From: Podarcis cretensis
Taxonomy: Eukaryota
Direction of reading: 5' to 3'
DNA: 64,000 nt
Assembly: GCA_951804945.1 (NCBI GenBank)
Contig: OX638153.1
Coordinates: 38,440,001-38,504,000 of the forward strand
Positions 13,704 to 26,972 of this stretch are shown here, piece after piece. The notes beneath the pieces are model-generated. The model was not told where the DNA came from. It was given only the letters and a program-made list of their open reading frames with translations, and made no database searches. Position 1 is the stretch's first letter. Each line of letters starts with the position of its first letter. Made by a program: the position numbers and the translations under genes.

Positions 13704-13887
13704 CTGGAAATATGCTGTTCAGAATCTGTAGTTTGTTAGAATATTTTCGCCACAATCTAAGCACATAGTCTTCCCAGCGAATCATCTTTCCCAGTATAAG
13801 CATAACTGGGATGGTGGGAAGTCCAATTAAAAGGAATAAAGGATCAGCTCTTTCCATAACATCGAGGCCTTCTTTATGACCCACAAC
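13704..13887 (-). CDS. MARCHF5: MARCHF5 coding exon 4 (VVGHKEGLDVMERADPLFLLIGLPTIPVMLILGKMIRWEDYVLRLWRKYSNKLQILNSIFP)
   Basis: CAG acceptor, GTAAT donor, 184 nt; TM2 region. Confidence 0.97.
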
Positions 13888-14904
13888 CTGATGAATAAAA
13901 AAACACATTATTACATTAAGCACAGCACCATTCTAAATAGAGGTAATGTGGCTACTTTACAATGGCTTGACTTCAGGAGCTACAATTAAAGAACAACCTA
14001 ATTTGAACCACCATCCAGAGAACCTACATGCCACTGCCCTGTACACTTATAGTAGTGCTATTAGCTTCTCTTGCACACTGAGATCAGAGTGCCAGACCTT
14101 CTGGGCTGCTGAGCAACTCATACGATTAGGCAACTGTTTGTCTCTCTTAGGCTAGATATCCATTTAGAACCCACTGCACCATCAAGTCAAATAATCCTGT
14201 TTCTGAGTATACGTAATTACTGCATATGAGTTTGGCAGAACAGGAAACAATCTTGTAACTGAAACCTGACAAACCATTTTAAAAAGATATAGATACATAT
14301 CTGAAATGGACTAGATCTGAAACAAGGAAGTATTTTTAAGCAGCTGTTTTCGGTATTAATTCCGCTATATATGTCCAAAAGCATCTTGATATGAGTCATG
14401 AGGAGTGTTGCAGTCAAGAAAGAGCGCTACTCCACAAAAACTTCAAAATAAATGTTTGATATATATATGCTACTCAAAAATGATGTTCCTAGAACTATGT
14501 ATCAAGAACAGAACCCATGAGTAAAGCTAACTTTTTAAAATGTCCGATATTTTTCAATCCACAGTTGTGCTGATAAATAACCACAATCTATAAATAATTG
14601 AAAACTTATGACAGCAGTAATACATTGAGCACATCTGTGCAGTTGTCAAAAGCCTGCTTCAAGTACTATATATAAAGTGAACAGATGGATGGTGAAGGTA
14701 CTGCAAGTGACTCCATATCTATACTCAAAGGCAGGAGCGCATCAAAAATGAGTCCTGGCTTGTGTCTTTCCTCCAACTATTCCTCTAGACAGAAAAGATG
14801 AAAAATTGGGAAGAGGCTGAGAACAAACTTGTTCACTGAAACTATATAGGAAGTCTATATCCAGGCTGAGGGCTTGTTCTGAGCATTCTCCCTTTGCTCT
14901 CAAC

Positions 14905-15055
14905 TAGGTATTTATTTCATTTGTTTCCCAGCTTTCCTGGGAACAGAATACAGAACAGAACAGAATACAGAAGCATTTTATCATCACAACAGGGGGAAGG
15001 CTAGCCCAAGCAAGAATAACTGGCCCAAGGTCATCCAGTAAGCTTTATGGTGAAA
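14905..15055 (-). mobile_element. Degraded MIR/CORE-like tRNA-SINE
   Basis: ACTGGCCCAAGGTCATCCAGTAAGCTTTATGG core, similar to the SINE at 45646-45917. Confidence 0.5.
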
Positions 15056-15644
15056 CAGTGACTGCTTCCTTCCCCTGACCCCCCCCCCCAAATGGGAAAG
15101 GTGAGCAATAAGCAGTGAGAGAATCATGGTGAGCATGAGAAAAGCAAGAGAAAAATCTCAGATCGTAGGTAGAAGCAACAGCAATTATCAAGGAATCTGT
15201 TTCTCATCCAGATGCCCGCAGTGACTCCCATATAGTTTAGCAGAGCTTGTTAATGAATAGAAAAGCATGAATACATGTGGGCATATGCAGAGAAATACAG
15301 ACACAGGCAGAAATGGACAGATGTGAGGCTTTGCAGGATATTTATGATGGAATATATTCAAACAGATGCTTGTGTAGAGGGAGGAGCTGAATACAGCTGT
15401 GCCTGTTAGATGGGATTTGTCAATCTGTAAGCACAGAGTTACATGAAATAGGAAGGCGGGTAAGGAAAAACCACCACATGGGTAAGGAAAGAAGAATATG
15501 GAGTCACGCTCTTGTAAACTGTGTTTTCCAATCCTCTCACGGAATTTTCTTCCTTACAAAAAAACCAAACAAACTTCTTCAGCAACTGTCTAGAAGTTTG
15601 CAGCTTGATTAAGATAATGTAACATTTAGAAAGTGCATCTGAAC

Positions 15645-15775
15645 CTGCATCACTGTTACTGCTCCGTAAGTGACAGCTGTCCAGTAGATAGAGCCCACCA
15701 TTATTCCAGCTGCAGCAAATGGACAGGCTTTTGAGATAAGGCGATCTGCCAGGTCCAAGACATAAACAACTGGAC
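15645..15775 (-). CDS. MARCHF5: MARCHF5 coding exon 3 (GPVVYVLDLADRLISKACPFAAAGIMVGSIYWTAVTYGAVTVMQ)
   Basis: TAG acceptor, GT donor, 131 nt; TM1. Confidence 0.97.
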
Positions 15776-16473
15776 CTATAACATAAAGGAGAAATAAAGT
15801 TTTGTAGCAGAGATGATGAATCAAAAGAGTATATAGCATGGCACTACCTCTATTAACTCTATCACTGTCTTTTATGATTGGATGCTATGAGCTGCTCTGA
15901 GAATCTCAGTGCAGGATAATAATAGAACAAAAATCAACCCTGAATGTTACACTGTCCCTTGCATCACTGTACATCACCTTGAGACAATTGTGCATAAGGC
16001 AAATGATGATATCTTCCTTATTACATAAGAATGTAATGTCACCACCCTCTACAGTTTGCATTGCTTATAGGCAGATGGGAGTTCGCACCCAGCCCCGCAC
16101 ATCTCCTTCAAGCCCCCACTGAGGCTTGAAAGGCCTCATGAGGATGTTTACAAAGTGTGGTTTTAAATCCCTGTGGTCCACTTTTAAATCCCGACAATTG
16201 GGGTTTCAAAGTGAAGCACCCCTTGACAGCAATATGGCATAAGGTGACTGACAGGTGGGCAGCATGTGGGTGGAAGGAGCTGTGAGGGTTAGGGGTGAGG
16301 TGTGAAAGATGCAGAGTTGCCAAGGGAGGGTGAGGGTGAGGGGGTTGGCAAGCTGAGCAAGCAGGGATGGAGCCCCTGGTTAATATTAGTAATAATGATG
16401 GTAATATAATAATATTCCAGTTGTGTGCTCCTCGCAACCCACTCTTCATGGAAGTTTCACATGCGCATCTTAC

Positions 16474-16676
16474 CTAGTTTTGGAAATACTATTAAGTATT
16501 CTGCATTGCACTGAGGACAGGCAACACGAGCTGTACTGTTCCCTCTCTGTTTTTCATCCACCCAGCGCTGTAGACAAGTTTGGTGAACCCATTTCGTAGA
16601 GCCTCTACACCTGCATGGTCTCACCCACTCTGCTGTTCTGTCATCCTCATCAGTTGCAAAACACACCCAACAACTC
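16474..16676 (-). CDS. MARCHF5: MARCHF5 coding exon 2, RING-CH domain (SCWVCFATDEDDRTAEWVRPCRCRGSTKWVHQTCLQRWVDEKQRGNSTARVACPQCNAEYLIVFPKL)
   Basis: C4HC3 RING-CH pattern; TTTCAG acceptor, GTAAG donor, 203 nt. Confidence 0.98.
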
Positions 16677-17453
16677 CTGAAAGTTAAGCACAAGTGACAC
16701 ATCAGAAAGTTTTAGCTGTCAAGATCGTAAGAATAAAATCTCCCCAACCATTTTATTGCTAACTTGTTTACCTAGAAAGGGCATTTCCTAAATGCAGTGC
16801 TACTAACTCAAATTCATCAATACCATATTCTAATAGCTAGATTTTAAAAAAATAAACGTGTGTGCTTAATCCTAATGCCATTTCTTAAAATCATATTTTG
16901 CATCATTCGTGTCTGAAGTAATTGAGGTCCATTTGCAATTTTCTGATTTATTCATAATGTATTCCAACAAATGAACAAATTATTCTACATATAATATTGA
17001 TATTTTGGTCTTTTCTGAATAGGGAATGTTTACATCCTGGCAACATGTACAAATAAAGAAAAATGTGACTGTAAAATTAAGGAAGGAAATACACTTAATT
17101 CTCTTGTAGATTGATTATTTTATTTTTAGTTATAAATGTGTTTGACAGTAATCTAGCGAAGGGAAAATTGCCCTCTTGCAATTGATCTTTCCCCTCCTGT
17201 TCAGATAACGGAGTGATTGCATTATAAATATATCTAAGTCTGTAGAGCCCTTTGCTTTCCACAATCAATCATAATCACAGCACCATACAGAAAATGCACA
17301 GCAAAAGAGACATACATTTCCTTTTCCAATATGGAGAGAGAAAAAAATCCATTATTCTTATCATGTCAAATCTACATAACTATGGCACTGCAACTAAGCA
17401 GAATTCTACCTTCATTCACTTCATTTCTTTCTTACTTCCGTCAAGAATATTGT

Positions 17454-17491
17454 TACTGGGCAGTATATAATATACTGGGCAGTATATAATA
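17454..17491. repeat. 19-bp perfect tandem duplication (TACTGGGCAGTATATAATA x2)
   Basis: Read directly from the sequence. Confidence 0.85.
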
Positions 17492-18420
17492 ATAAATACA
17501 GCAAATAAATAAATACAAAAATTTCTAAGAACTACAACTTTTAAATGTTATTCGGGAAGAGTAGAATGATCTAGAGTTCAGAATAGGGTAGTAAGTAAAT
17601 TCACAAAGAAACTGTACAGTTAATTACAACTTTCCCACATTTGCACAGGAAACATTTCTGGCTGATTGTGTTCAAAAAATCCTGCACAGAAATGAATAAA
17701 TGCTTATTTATGTAAACTATTTTAATCCATTCCATATTTATAATCACATGATAGGACAGAAAATAATCATATTTCTTATTTCCAAAATGCTTATCCTGCC
17801 TTTCAATGGCTAATTTGCATTCTCAGGGCATCTGAGAAACGCAAACACAAAAAACCCATCCTCATCCAGGAAAGATACACAAATAGTTGTATCAGGAGCA
17901 AAAACAACAGTAGACAATTTACTGGGAAGATAATCAAAATTGAATCTTAAATTGAAGGCAGGGTGGACTGATCAAATCTTTCATCTTGGAATTCATCTAT
18001 TTTCTGAAGCAGCATGCATACCAGTTGGGTGCTATAACAATTAAACACATTTTTCTGCAAACAAATACATTTCCAATGAACTTCAGACTTCTGCTTGTGG
18101 TATAAGGCCTTTACTTCTTCAGCTCAAACTACACCATAGAAAATAGGTCTGTAATCCTACTTACTGTTCTAAACCACTTTGGTGCCTGCCACCAGGCTCA
18201 GAATAATGGAGGCAAACCAACAAGATCTGATGGGGCACCCCTGCACAAGCATTATTTACCATTGTTATAAACCGTTTGGCACAGGATTTCCAGAGTTTAT
18301 TCAAATAAAGATTTAAATATTTTAAAGTAAGCAGCACCAGCTGATGCGGCTTTTAGGAATTTTATAAATTCATGAATAAGGACACAAGGAACTTAATTAC
18401 TACCACCCTGCCCTCAATAG

Positions 18421-18676
18421 CATGGGCCAGCAGACTTTTTCAGCCGTGGGCCAGTTCACCGTCCCTCAGACCATGTGGTGGATGGACTGGACTATATTTT
18501 GAAAAAAAATAATGAATGAATTCCTATGCCCCACAAATAACCCAGAGATGCATTTTAAATAAAAGGACACATTCTACTCATGTAAAAACACGATGATTCC
18601 TGGACCGTCTGCAGGCCGGATTTAGAAGGCGATTGGGCTGGATCCAGCCCCCGGGGCCTTAGTTTGCCTATCCATG
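18421..18676. mobile_element. hAT-type MITE
   Basis: Perfect 8-bp TSD CTCAATAG (18413-18420 and 18677-18684); reverse-orientation copy of 3613-3863. Confidence 0.9.
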
Positions 18677-20209
18677 CTCAATAGCTTCAGACTTGGCAAT
18701 CAACAAATTATCTTGGGAAAGTCCCCTAACAAAAATTAGAATACACCATAGAAAGAGTATATGTTATCTTATATACCCAATCTTAGCTATATCATTACCA
18801 CCTTTATTTCACTACAGCTCTGTCCACTATTTTGTGTGTGTGTGTGTCTTTTGTATTCACGTCTAACCAACGGTATTCCCTGTTTACTTTCAACTTTCCA
18901 TTATTTAAGCAACACTCTCCCCCCAAAAAGAAATGATGAGACAGTGCTAAGATGTTGGAACTACACGGCAACAGAAAAGCATTTATCCAAGCTTTAAAAA
19001 AATGCATACAGGAAATAAATTGAACAATTCAATCTTTCTTTTCACTATTACAGAAGAAGTGGAATTTCTACACACAGACACACACACACATCAAAAAGCA
19101 AAACAGAAATAAAGTCGCAAATGCAGAAACTACTAAACATCCTCACTGAAATTTGAGGAGTCTTTCGAACCAAAAATAACACCAGACTGGTATATTAACT
19201 CTTTCACCTAGAAGACACATACATGGCATATTTCATAGCTTGCTCAAGTTACAATGTATGATGGCTACCTCTGAACTGTTAATGAGTGCAAAACTGGGCC
19301 ACACAGATAAAGTTGTGACATGCCTTGGGGCAACCTGACACCCCAAGAGGTCTAAAGTTCATTTGGATGACAGGAAAAAATGACTTTACAATCTTGCAAA
19401 ATAACACCCTTGAATTAGTTATTAAAGGCTATACTTTGAAGTATTAAAACATGTTTAATACTAGGTTATATGCTTGAAATATATATCATTAAGACTATCA
19501 AATTCATTTTGATACAGCAATGGATCAATGTCACATACATTTTTTAAACAAGAAGTTTCATCCAATTTATTGCTCAACAGCTATATTTTAAACAATGGAT
19601 GGCCCACAAAAAGAATCACATGATATCCTTTATATTCTTAAGCCTTTAGCAAGTTATGAATAATGAATAGTAAATCCCTTGTTTTCTGTCATCAGCTTTA
19701 TCTTGCTATTGACAGTAGCTACAGCAGAAAGAGCTAAATAAAACCACTGACACAAGGATCTCAGTTCTTGCCAGATTTTCCATTTTCTTGTATTGAATAA
19801 AACATTACCCTGGTCTTAGTACAGAATCAGGTCGCTACTCAGACTGCAACCTAAAATAGAAACAGCTAGCTAGGTCAAACAAAACATAGTTTCTGAAAAC
19901 TCAACATTACTATATAAAACCAAATGAATTAGCAATAGTATACTTTCCCCAACTCTTTTCTACTTTAAGCATTTCGGAACAGACTTATTATTTCAGTCTT
20001 GAAAATAAATATCTCTTTATTCTAGCTACTATTAGCATTCAGCTTCACTGGAGATCCACAAGTTCTAACATCATGAAAGAGGATCTTTGCATCCTGGATT
20101 TCAAGTTTCCCAAAAATGACACTGCTGTTAATTTTGAGCAGCACGTCTAGCTTAGCATCCTGTTCTCACAGTGGCCATCCTGCTGGCTACAGGATGTCCC
20201 CTCTTTTAA

Positions 20210-20950
20210 AGTCAAATGTGATCGTGTTGGACTTCCTTGGCAATTGTCCACTTACATATATGTCAAAGTTACTCATTATTACAGCACTTTCTTCTTTTGG
20301 ATGCTTCCTTGATTTCATTCTCCATCTCACTATCATCTTCACATTTTGATCAGTGGCAAGATAGTAAGCCCACTTTTGGGGCCAAGTATAATCAACCACA
20401 GCAGCTGCCTGGAGGATTCTGCCCCTTTGGGGATTTCTAGCTTGGGGACTCTATGCCCGGTGTACAGTGATGCCACCTCCATGATGTCCTTCCTGTAGAG
20501 TTTATATCCAGAAATAACCATGTCCCACTGGTTTCTCTCCGTTCCACCAGGTTTCCATAATGCCCACTATATCAATACTGTCCTCTAAGACCAAACACTC
20601 CAGTTTGCCCATCTTGGCTCAGAGGTGTCTAGTAGCACTAGCACATAAACACACAAATATAGCCGCTCTCCCTCCAAGTATCTTTTGGCATGTGTGTTTT
20701 ATGCTACAACATTTAGTAAGTCAGAAATGTCAGCCATGTGCCCCCTGCCCTCTTAATGCTTAGTTCTACACCTCCCCTATTTAAATCAATTTTCTTTCTT
20801 CATCTGGTGGGGAAGGGAACACTTCTTCTGAACCAGACCTTGTTTTGTTCCTGTCAGCTTTCCCCCCACAATCAGTTTAAAAGCCGCTCTGCCACCTTTT
20901 GATTTTAAATGCCAACCGTCAGGTTCCGTGCCAGTAAAAGTAGAATGTAT
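20210..20950 (-). mobile_element. CR1 LINE fragment (ORF1 end / ORF2 AP-endonuclease start), disrupted
   Basis: Minus strand encodes ...KMGKLECLVLEDSIDIVGIMETWWNG...WDMVISGYKLYRKD, the CR1 endonuclease N-terminus, with frameshifts. Confidence 0.8.
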
Positions 20951-23691
20951 TCAAGTATGTGAGGGAAGAGCCTGTTTTTCAATATAGGTGTGGCTCCATT
21001 TGCTCTGTGCCAGACAGCTGGCTGTTACTTTGTGTCTTAAGTTCAATTGATAGGGATTTTGAAAAGTAAAATTTCAAGGGCCCCTAGATTACACCACTTT
21101 CCAGCTGTAGTGCACATAACAACTAATTTCAATATTTGTGACCCTGTAAGTGAGGCTCTGTGGACAAAACATCAAGAAGATAGATACTCATACCTCCCTT
21201 TTCTTAATTTCTGTATTCATCTACTGCAAAGTTTATCTTAAAAGCAATCTGGGGATTTAAAGCAGTGTGAGCAACTAAATTTTACATGGATGGTGCAGGA
21301 AGAAGAGATTCATTTAACTAGTCCTGCCAGGGGAAGCCCACACAAGGACATCTGCTAGCACAATACGGCTTCCCCCCATCTCCTCCCCCTGGTATGGAGG
21401 AACTCCTGGAACAGCACATTAGGCGGGAAGGAAAGGGCAAATTATACCATCAAGCAAACAGAATTGCTTGCTCTGATGGAGTGTTCTGCTTAGCACAACG
21501 TTGAATTCTTCCCTGAGCCTTTTCAGAAGACACATAACCATAATTGTACAATATTAACCATTCTATTGCACACAGAATGTACAGCAAAAGAATGCTCAAT
21601 CTTTTTTATACAGAATGAGTGGCATCCTACATTTCTTCTAGCATAAGGAATTTTAGCTGAGCAGTGGAACTTTCCTGCCCTCGTCTCTGCCCCATGGACC
21701 CCAGAAATGTGCTCCAAATGGTTGAGGAAATCTCCAGAACAGATTTAGAGGGTGCACAGGGAAAGAGGGGAGAAGTTCTGTTGTATAGTTAAAAGTCCTT
21801 CTACTAGAAGAACTATTTTGCTGGATACGTCATTTGCTTTTGAAAATTAATGTTCTAAACTCTCAATGTTTTCTATTTTCTGTGAGATTACAGTACTGAC
21901 CTATTTGCCTGACTTCTGCAGTTTTACACACCAAACGTCGTTTTAATTAGATACAGAACTGGTCAGTAAAGGGGAAGAACTAGAAGCATCTTAGGAAACC
22001 AAGGTAGGGTTATTACTGGACAAATTTCACAAGATATGTATGAAAATATTCTTGATTAGATTGAACTATAGTAATGAATGTTTGCCTTTAGTGGAATTAC
22101 AAAAGGTCTTACGTAAACAAAAGGTAGGTGTGTATAGGATTGCACTGTTAAGTACTTAATCTTGACACTATTTAAAGACTCTACAATGTTTCCTTATCAT
22201 ATTGCACCACTAGACTAGAATTTTATGCCTTGTCACTGCTACTTACATAACTTCACTAATCAGCCACTCTTCATCTGTGTGCACCAACCATCATGTTCAC
22301 TCATCTTGTGAGTGGAAAGAGGAAGTAGAAAGTGCCTTTTTTGCTCTTAAATAATTCTGCCACTGGGAAGCAGACCTTCCTCTTTGTGAATGTGTAGACA
22401 AATAATTCAAATACTACTGGTTGAAATACCTTATTTGTTTTGGTGATTGTGTAAATGGCTTAGGGCATTTGTTTTCTCCTTTCGTGGGTGGCAATTAATT
22501 CTAGCAACTGCAGAACTGCTACTCCCAATAATTAAATTTTATGTTTCCACATATAGAAACTACTTCTAGTAACTGCAGTTGTGCCTAAAAATCCCTTTCT
22601 TTATTGAGCACACAGATTGTTGTTTAAATTAGCATACAGAGAACAAAAAAATGCCTCCAAATTAATTTTTAAAACGAGAACTACTTTTTCTGGAAAAAGA
22701 AAATTAAAATCAACATAAGAGCATATAAGATAAAGTTAAAGTATTTATGCCTTGTACTTTAAAAGATTTATTAAGATATATATTTATAACAAAAAAAATT
22801 ATCTCCAATTTCATTTACTATCCTACAATAATATGAGAAGAATTAACATGTCCTTATGACATCAATTGCCCCTGCAGCAAACAGCACACCACCACTGAAT
22901 TTTAATGTGAGTGATCATTGCCCCCTTTTCCCCCACTGTATAATAATTTTCAAATACACAACTTCTGCCAACACTTACAGATGAATGTCTATTTAGAAGC
23001 AATTCTCCTAAAAGTCCACCAAGCTTACTCCCAGGGAAGTGCTTTAAAATTTAAGCTAATCAATACTTATTCTCTATTGAATGACAAATCTTGTTTTCTT
23101 TTAATGAAAAAACACTGTCACTCCCATTTTGGAGAGAAAAATGCTATTGTGCCTCTATACGTGCAGGTATCCATGGTACATTACAAACATGATGGAAGGG
23201 CTGCTGAATGTCTGCACTTCCACTAGGAAACAGACACAGGCAAACATCTGAACCAGGGCAAAAGTCACCAGGGGGAGAGAAGTAACCTAAGGCAGGTTTC
23301 CCCAAGCTGGTGTCCTCCAGAAGTTTAGAGGTCTACAATTTGAGCATGGCCAACAGTGAGGAGTGATACAGGTTGTAGTATAACACTTTGTATGGGGCAG
23401 GGGGGAGAACCAGCCTGGGGATCTTCTCCTCAGTTTTTCTCTATGTCACAGGAGACTATTTTCACATTAGAGAAGTCAATAAAAGATGAAGAAGGGCTGC
23501 AGAAGAGACAGATGTTAGAATTTGCTGGCAAAGCATAACTCCTGAACTTTGGTTCAGTCATCATCCACTGTATTCAATGGGGCATTCTACATCTGTGTAT
23601 AGAACTGTGACCTAAGTAGCCTTGGACAAGCCATTCTCTCTCAGCAGCAGTGATCCATCTGAACTATGGAGATACAGCTTTTGTCCACAGG

Positions 23692-23963
23692 CAGCTTTCC
23701 AGGTCATGTGACCAGCATGATTAAACCGCTGCTGGTGCAGAGAGAAACATGACGAATGCCAGAGCGCATGGAAACGCCTTTTACCTTCCCGCCACAGCAG
23801 TACCTATTTATCTACTTGCACTGGTATGCTTTCGAACTGCTAGGTTGGCAGAAGCTGGGACAGAACAATGGGAGCTAACCCCATTGCAGATTCAAATCGC
23901 TGACCTTCTGATCGGCAAGCCCAAGCGGCTCAAAGGTTTAGACCACAGTGCCACCCGCATCCC
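23692..23963 (-). mobile_element. Sauria SINE (partial, older)
   Basis: TTTACCTTCCCGCC...CCTATTTATCTACTTGCAC...TTCGAACTGCTAGGTTGGCAG...CCACAGTGCCACCCGCATCCC, homologous to 56509-56880. Confidence 0.85.
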
Positions 23964-24167
23964 TTATAAGGTTACATATATCAGGTAAATTAAGGTAGTT
24001 TGCTGCATGTAATGTAAGTTGCCTTACTAACTCCCAACATTCATTTAAAAAAGGCATTCCTACCACAAAGAGAGGCAAGGCAACAACTTTCCAAAAGAGA
24101 GTGATTCCCCTGTATTCACTAAGAAAGACTCATTTCTAAATATGATAAATGAAGATCAACTACATTG

Positions 24168-24303
24168 CAGTGCTTTTCCCCCCAGGGGGTACTCAAGGGT
24201 ACACAGTACCAGCACCTCTTTTGTTGTTGTTAAGAAGTATGGCACTTACTGTAACAACTTCATGGTAAGTACCAGCACCTATTTTTCTAGAAAAAAAGCA
24301 CTG
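24168..24303. mobile_element. Short hAT-type MITE
   Basis: TIRs CAGTGCTTTT / AAAAGCACTG with 8-bp TSD (C/G)TACATTG. Confidence 0.8.
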
Positions 24304-24696
24304 GTACATTGGCATTTGCCTCTCCAAAATTTGATTTAGCATTCTCTTTGTTTAGTTAAGTCAATGCTAATTAAAACTTCAGGAGTTTTGCACGACGGCT
24401 AACATGAACTAAAAGCAAGCAAATTCTATTTTGCTATACTATATACTATTTAGCCTAAATAGTATGAACTTAAAAGTCTTCTTTAAAAACCAGTGAAACC
24501 ATTTCCATCAAGCTCGTACAATAAAGAATTATCCTTATGCTGTATCTCTCATTTTGTGGATACAAACCAACAGCAATATCCCAAGCAACTAGTATTGTAC
24601 ACTATACAACTTCTGCCAATAGCTCATGACAGTGTTTCCTCTTGATTTGTTAATACACTTCAAACAATGTGACCAAAAAATCCACTTATCTATTAA

Positions 24697-25559
24697 GTTG
24701 GCATCTGTCTTGTCTCCAGAGCCAATAGAATGTGTATCCAGGGGTGCAGTCAAACGACTGGAGAATCACAGTGCCTGTTATGGCTGCAGAAACCAGTAAC
24801 TCATAACTGCTGACTTCTGCACTGCTTTTGCTGTGTTAGCAGCACCTAAGTGACCTCTCTGGGGCGAAAGCCTGGGCAGTGTGTCTGGAGGTCCTGGGCT
24901 GCCCAGATAATCAGACCCCCCTCTTGGCCTCACTGATGTGGTCGAAAGGAAAACAGAGCAATACATTTGGCATCAGCTTGGATGCCGGAGTTGCTGGAAG
25001 GATGCATACAAGACGCCATCTAACTGTCTTAGGGACTCCACTCTGGATTTGTGTAGGGTTGGCTCCTTGGCCTTTTCATCTTTCAAAGACGTCCCACAAG
25101 GCAGTGGGTACAGATTTTTCCTCAGGGTTTACTCCCAAAGCCTTTCTTATGGATGAGTATAGCTGCAAGGCAATGGAGGTTTTGATCAGGTTTTCCTTTT
25201 CCTTAATGGCCTACCTCACCAGGTTGATGAGCCATCTGCCCCTCACCTCCCACTACAGCATGTGCAGAAACCACCTTCTTGACTGTTGGATCCACTATTT
25301 GTCTTATCCACTCAAACCACTAACACCTGTCTTGATGTGCAGGGGAAGTCCTTAACACACTGAGGGTTTGAGACCCATTGGCTACCCTCAGCTGTTTTAG
25401 CCAGCCAGCTGAAGCCATTTCCTGAGGTGTGGCCACTGCTGCATGCTGACAGCTTCTAAGAGCCACAGGTGAGAGCTGACTGAGTGCAGGATGGGAACCA
25501 AAGGTGGACAAACCACCCCAGACAGCATGATGTGTCCCCCACCAGAGGTACTACCCCTC
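24697..25559 (-). mobile_element. Non-autonomous RTE-clade retroelement (5'UTR plus RTE-type 3' tail, no RT)
   Basis: Minus-strand 3' end ...ATTGGCTCTGGAGACAAGACAGATGCCAAC resembles RTE 3' tails; G-rich 5' end; homologous second copy at 29925-30340. Confidence 0.7.
25384..25559 (-). ncRNA. Candidate HDV-like self-cleaving ribozyme (probably decayed) at the 5' end of the RTE-derived element
   Basis: Manual fold: P2 CUCACCUGU/ACAGCUGAG (8/9 bp), P3 GGC/GCC, L3 UCUUAG plus inserted hairpin, P1' ACACCUC pairing with GGGGUG or GGGGU, P1.1 CU/AG, J1.1/4 GAAA, P4 UGGC/GCUG, then G-C-UAA with the catalytic-C candidate at 25400. Confidence 0.6.
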
Positions 25560-26928
25560 GTCCAACAGCCCATATCAACACCCAGTATCAATCCCTTATA
25601 TCCAGTAACTACAATACAGGCAACACATGATTTGTGTGGGAGTTGCATTCTGGGTCATCACATGCGACGGCGGAGCATGCATATGCCTGCTTCGCTCCTG
25701 TCCCCTTTCCAGCCACTTCCAGGTTGCTGCAGTGCCCTATCATGGTCGTGCATCAGTTGGACACACATAAATTCATTGTTGCCTATATTATTGGAATGCA
25801 ATTAAATGAGACTGTGGTTCCTCAGTTGACTAATGTAACCATTTTGCCTTACTCAAGTCAATAGGGCTGTTCTCAAAGATATGGGAATTTACCTTCTGTT
25901 ACTAAGTGAAAAAAGCACAGGCTAAGTCTGGGTTATTTCCATTATCATGCCACCTACCACAACAGAAAAGCAATATACTTTATATAGAATTACTAACAGG
26001 ACCCGTCTCTTACATGTTATTACTGTAGATAAAAGGTAAGCCAACAAAAACTGTGGAACTACAGTGATCACTGTAGCAGTACACAATATGGAATGAAAAG
26101 ATAGTACAGCAACCCATAGTCATATAGCTGGATCTCAACTCTACAAGAATCCTTTGAAAAGTTGTCCCAACCCTCCACATACTAGGCTTCTAACTTAATC
26201 TTTATTCTCTGCTTCTCCCCTGCAACCACAAAGCCAGAACAGTAGCACTCCTGTCCTTCTGGGCCACAGAATTCAAACTCTTTTGGAATGAAGGCCTGGG
26301 GACTCTGAAGTAGTCAGTGCTGAAGGATAGTGACAAAGACATAGAAAAGGTTATTCAGACATGCAATGGTAGTTAGTATGAGCACAAAGTTGCTCCATGT
26401 GGTGGAAACATCCATGATCACAACTCATTGTTTTATATGCAAGATCTGTAAGCTACTAAAATAGGGGTTGTGGGTGTTGACATAGATGTTTTTAACAGCA
26501 CTGTAGGGGCTACTAATTTTACGATTACTGCAAGGTGAACTTAGCGACAGTTTGTACTGGAAGACATTTGACAGCAAACGGTGCGTGTGTGTGTTACGTG
26601 GGCCCAAGGCCTCATTAACCCTCAGAATGCTCATGGTGGGGGCAGAGCAGCAACTCTCCAATCCCCCCCCCCCAAAAAAATGACACAAACAGCCCTGCGT
26701 TTCTTTTTGAGCCCTCGTTGCCACATCCGCTCAGGCCTTGGGCAAGCAGCCCCCCTCAAATTCCCCCCGTGACTTTCTGCACGCATATAGGCCGTGGCGG
26801 CCCAGGATGGTGCGGTGCCTCCACGCGTGCTTTCCCTTCGACCCGGTTCCTGCTCCAAAATCACCCCCTCAAGGCGCACCTGGAAACGGGCCCGCCTGAC
26901 CTCCCGCAGCTCCGCTTCTTTCCCGTAC

Positions 26929-26972
26929 CTGTCCATGGTCTGCGGTATCAGCAAGCCCGTCTGCTCCGACAT
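26929..26972 (-). CDS. MARCHF5: MARCHF5 coding exon 1 (MSEQTGLLIPQTMDR)
   Basis: ATG at 26972, CAG|GTACGG donor, 44 nt (phase 2) joining exon 2 in frame; total CDS 846 nt. Confidence 0.92.

Noticed and set aside
26261-26269. GGGCCACAG (also GGGGCCACA at about 3888), resembling the 5' end of the CPEB3 ribozyme
   Set aside because: Similarity stops after 9 nt; no downstream fold
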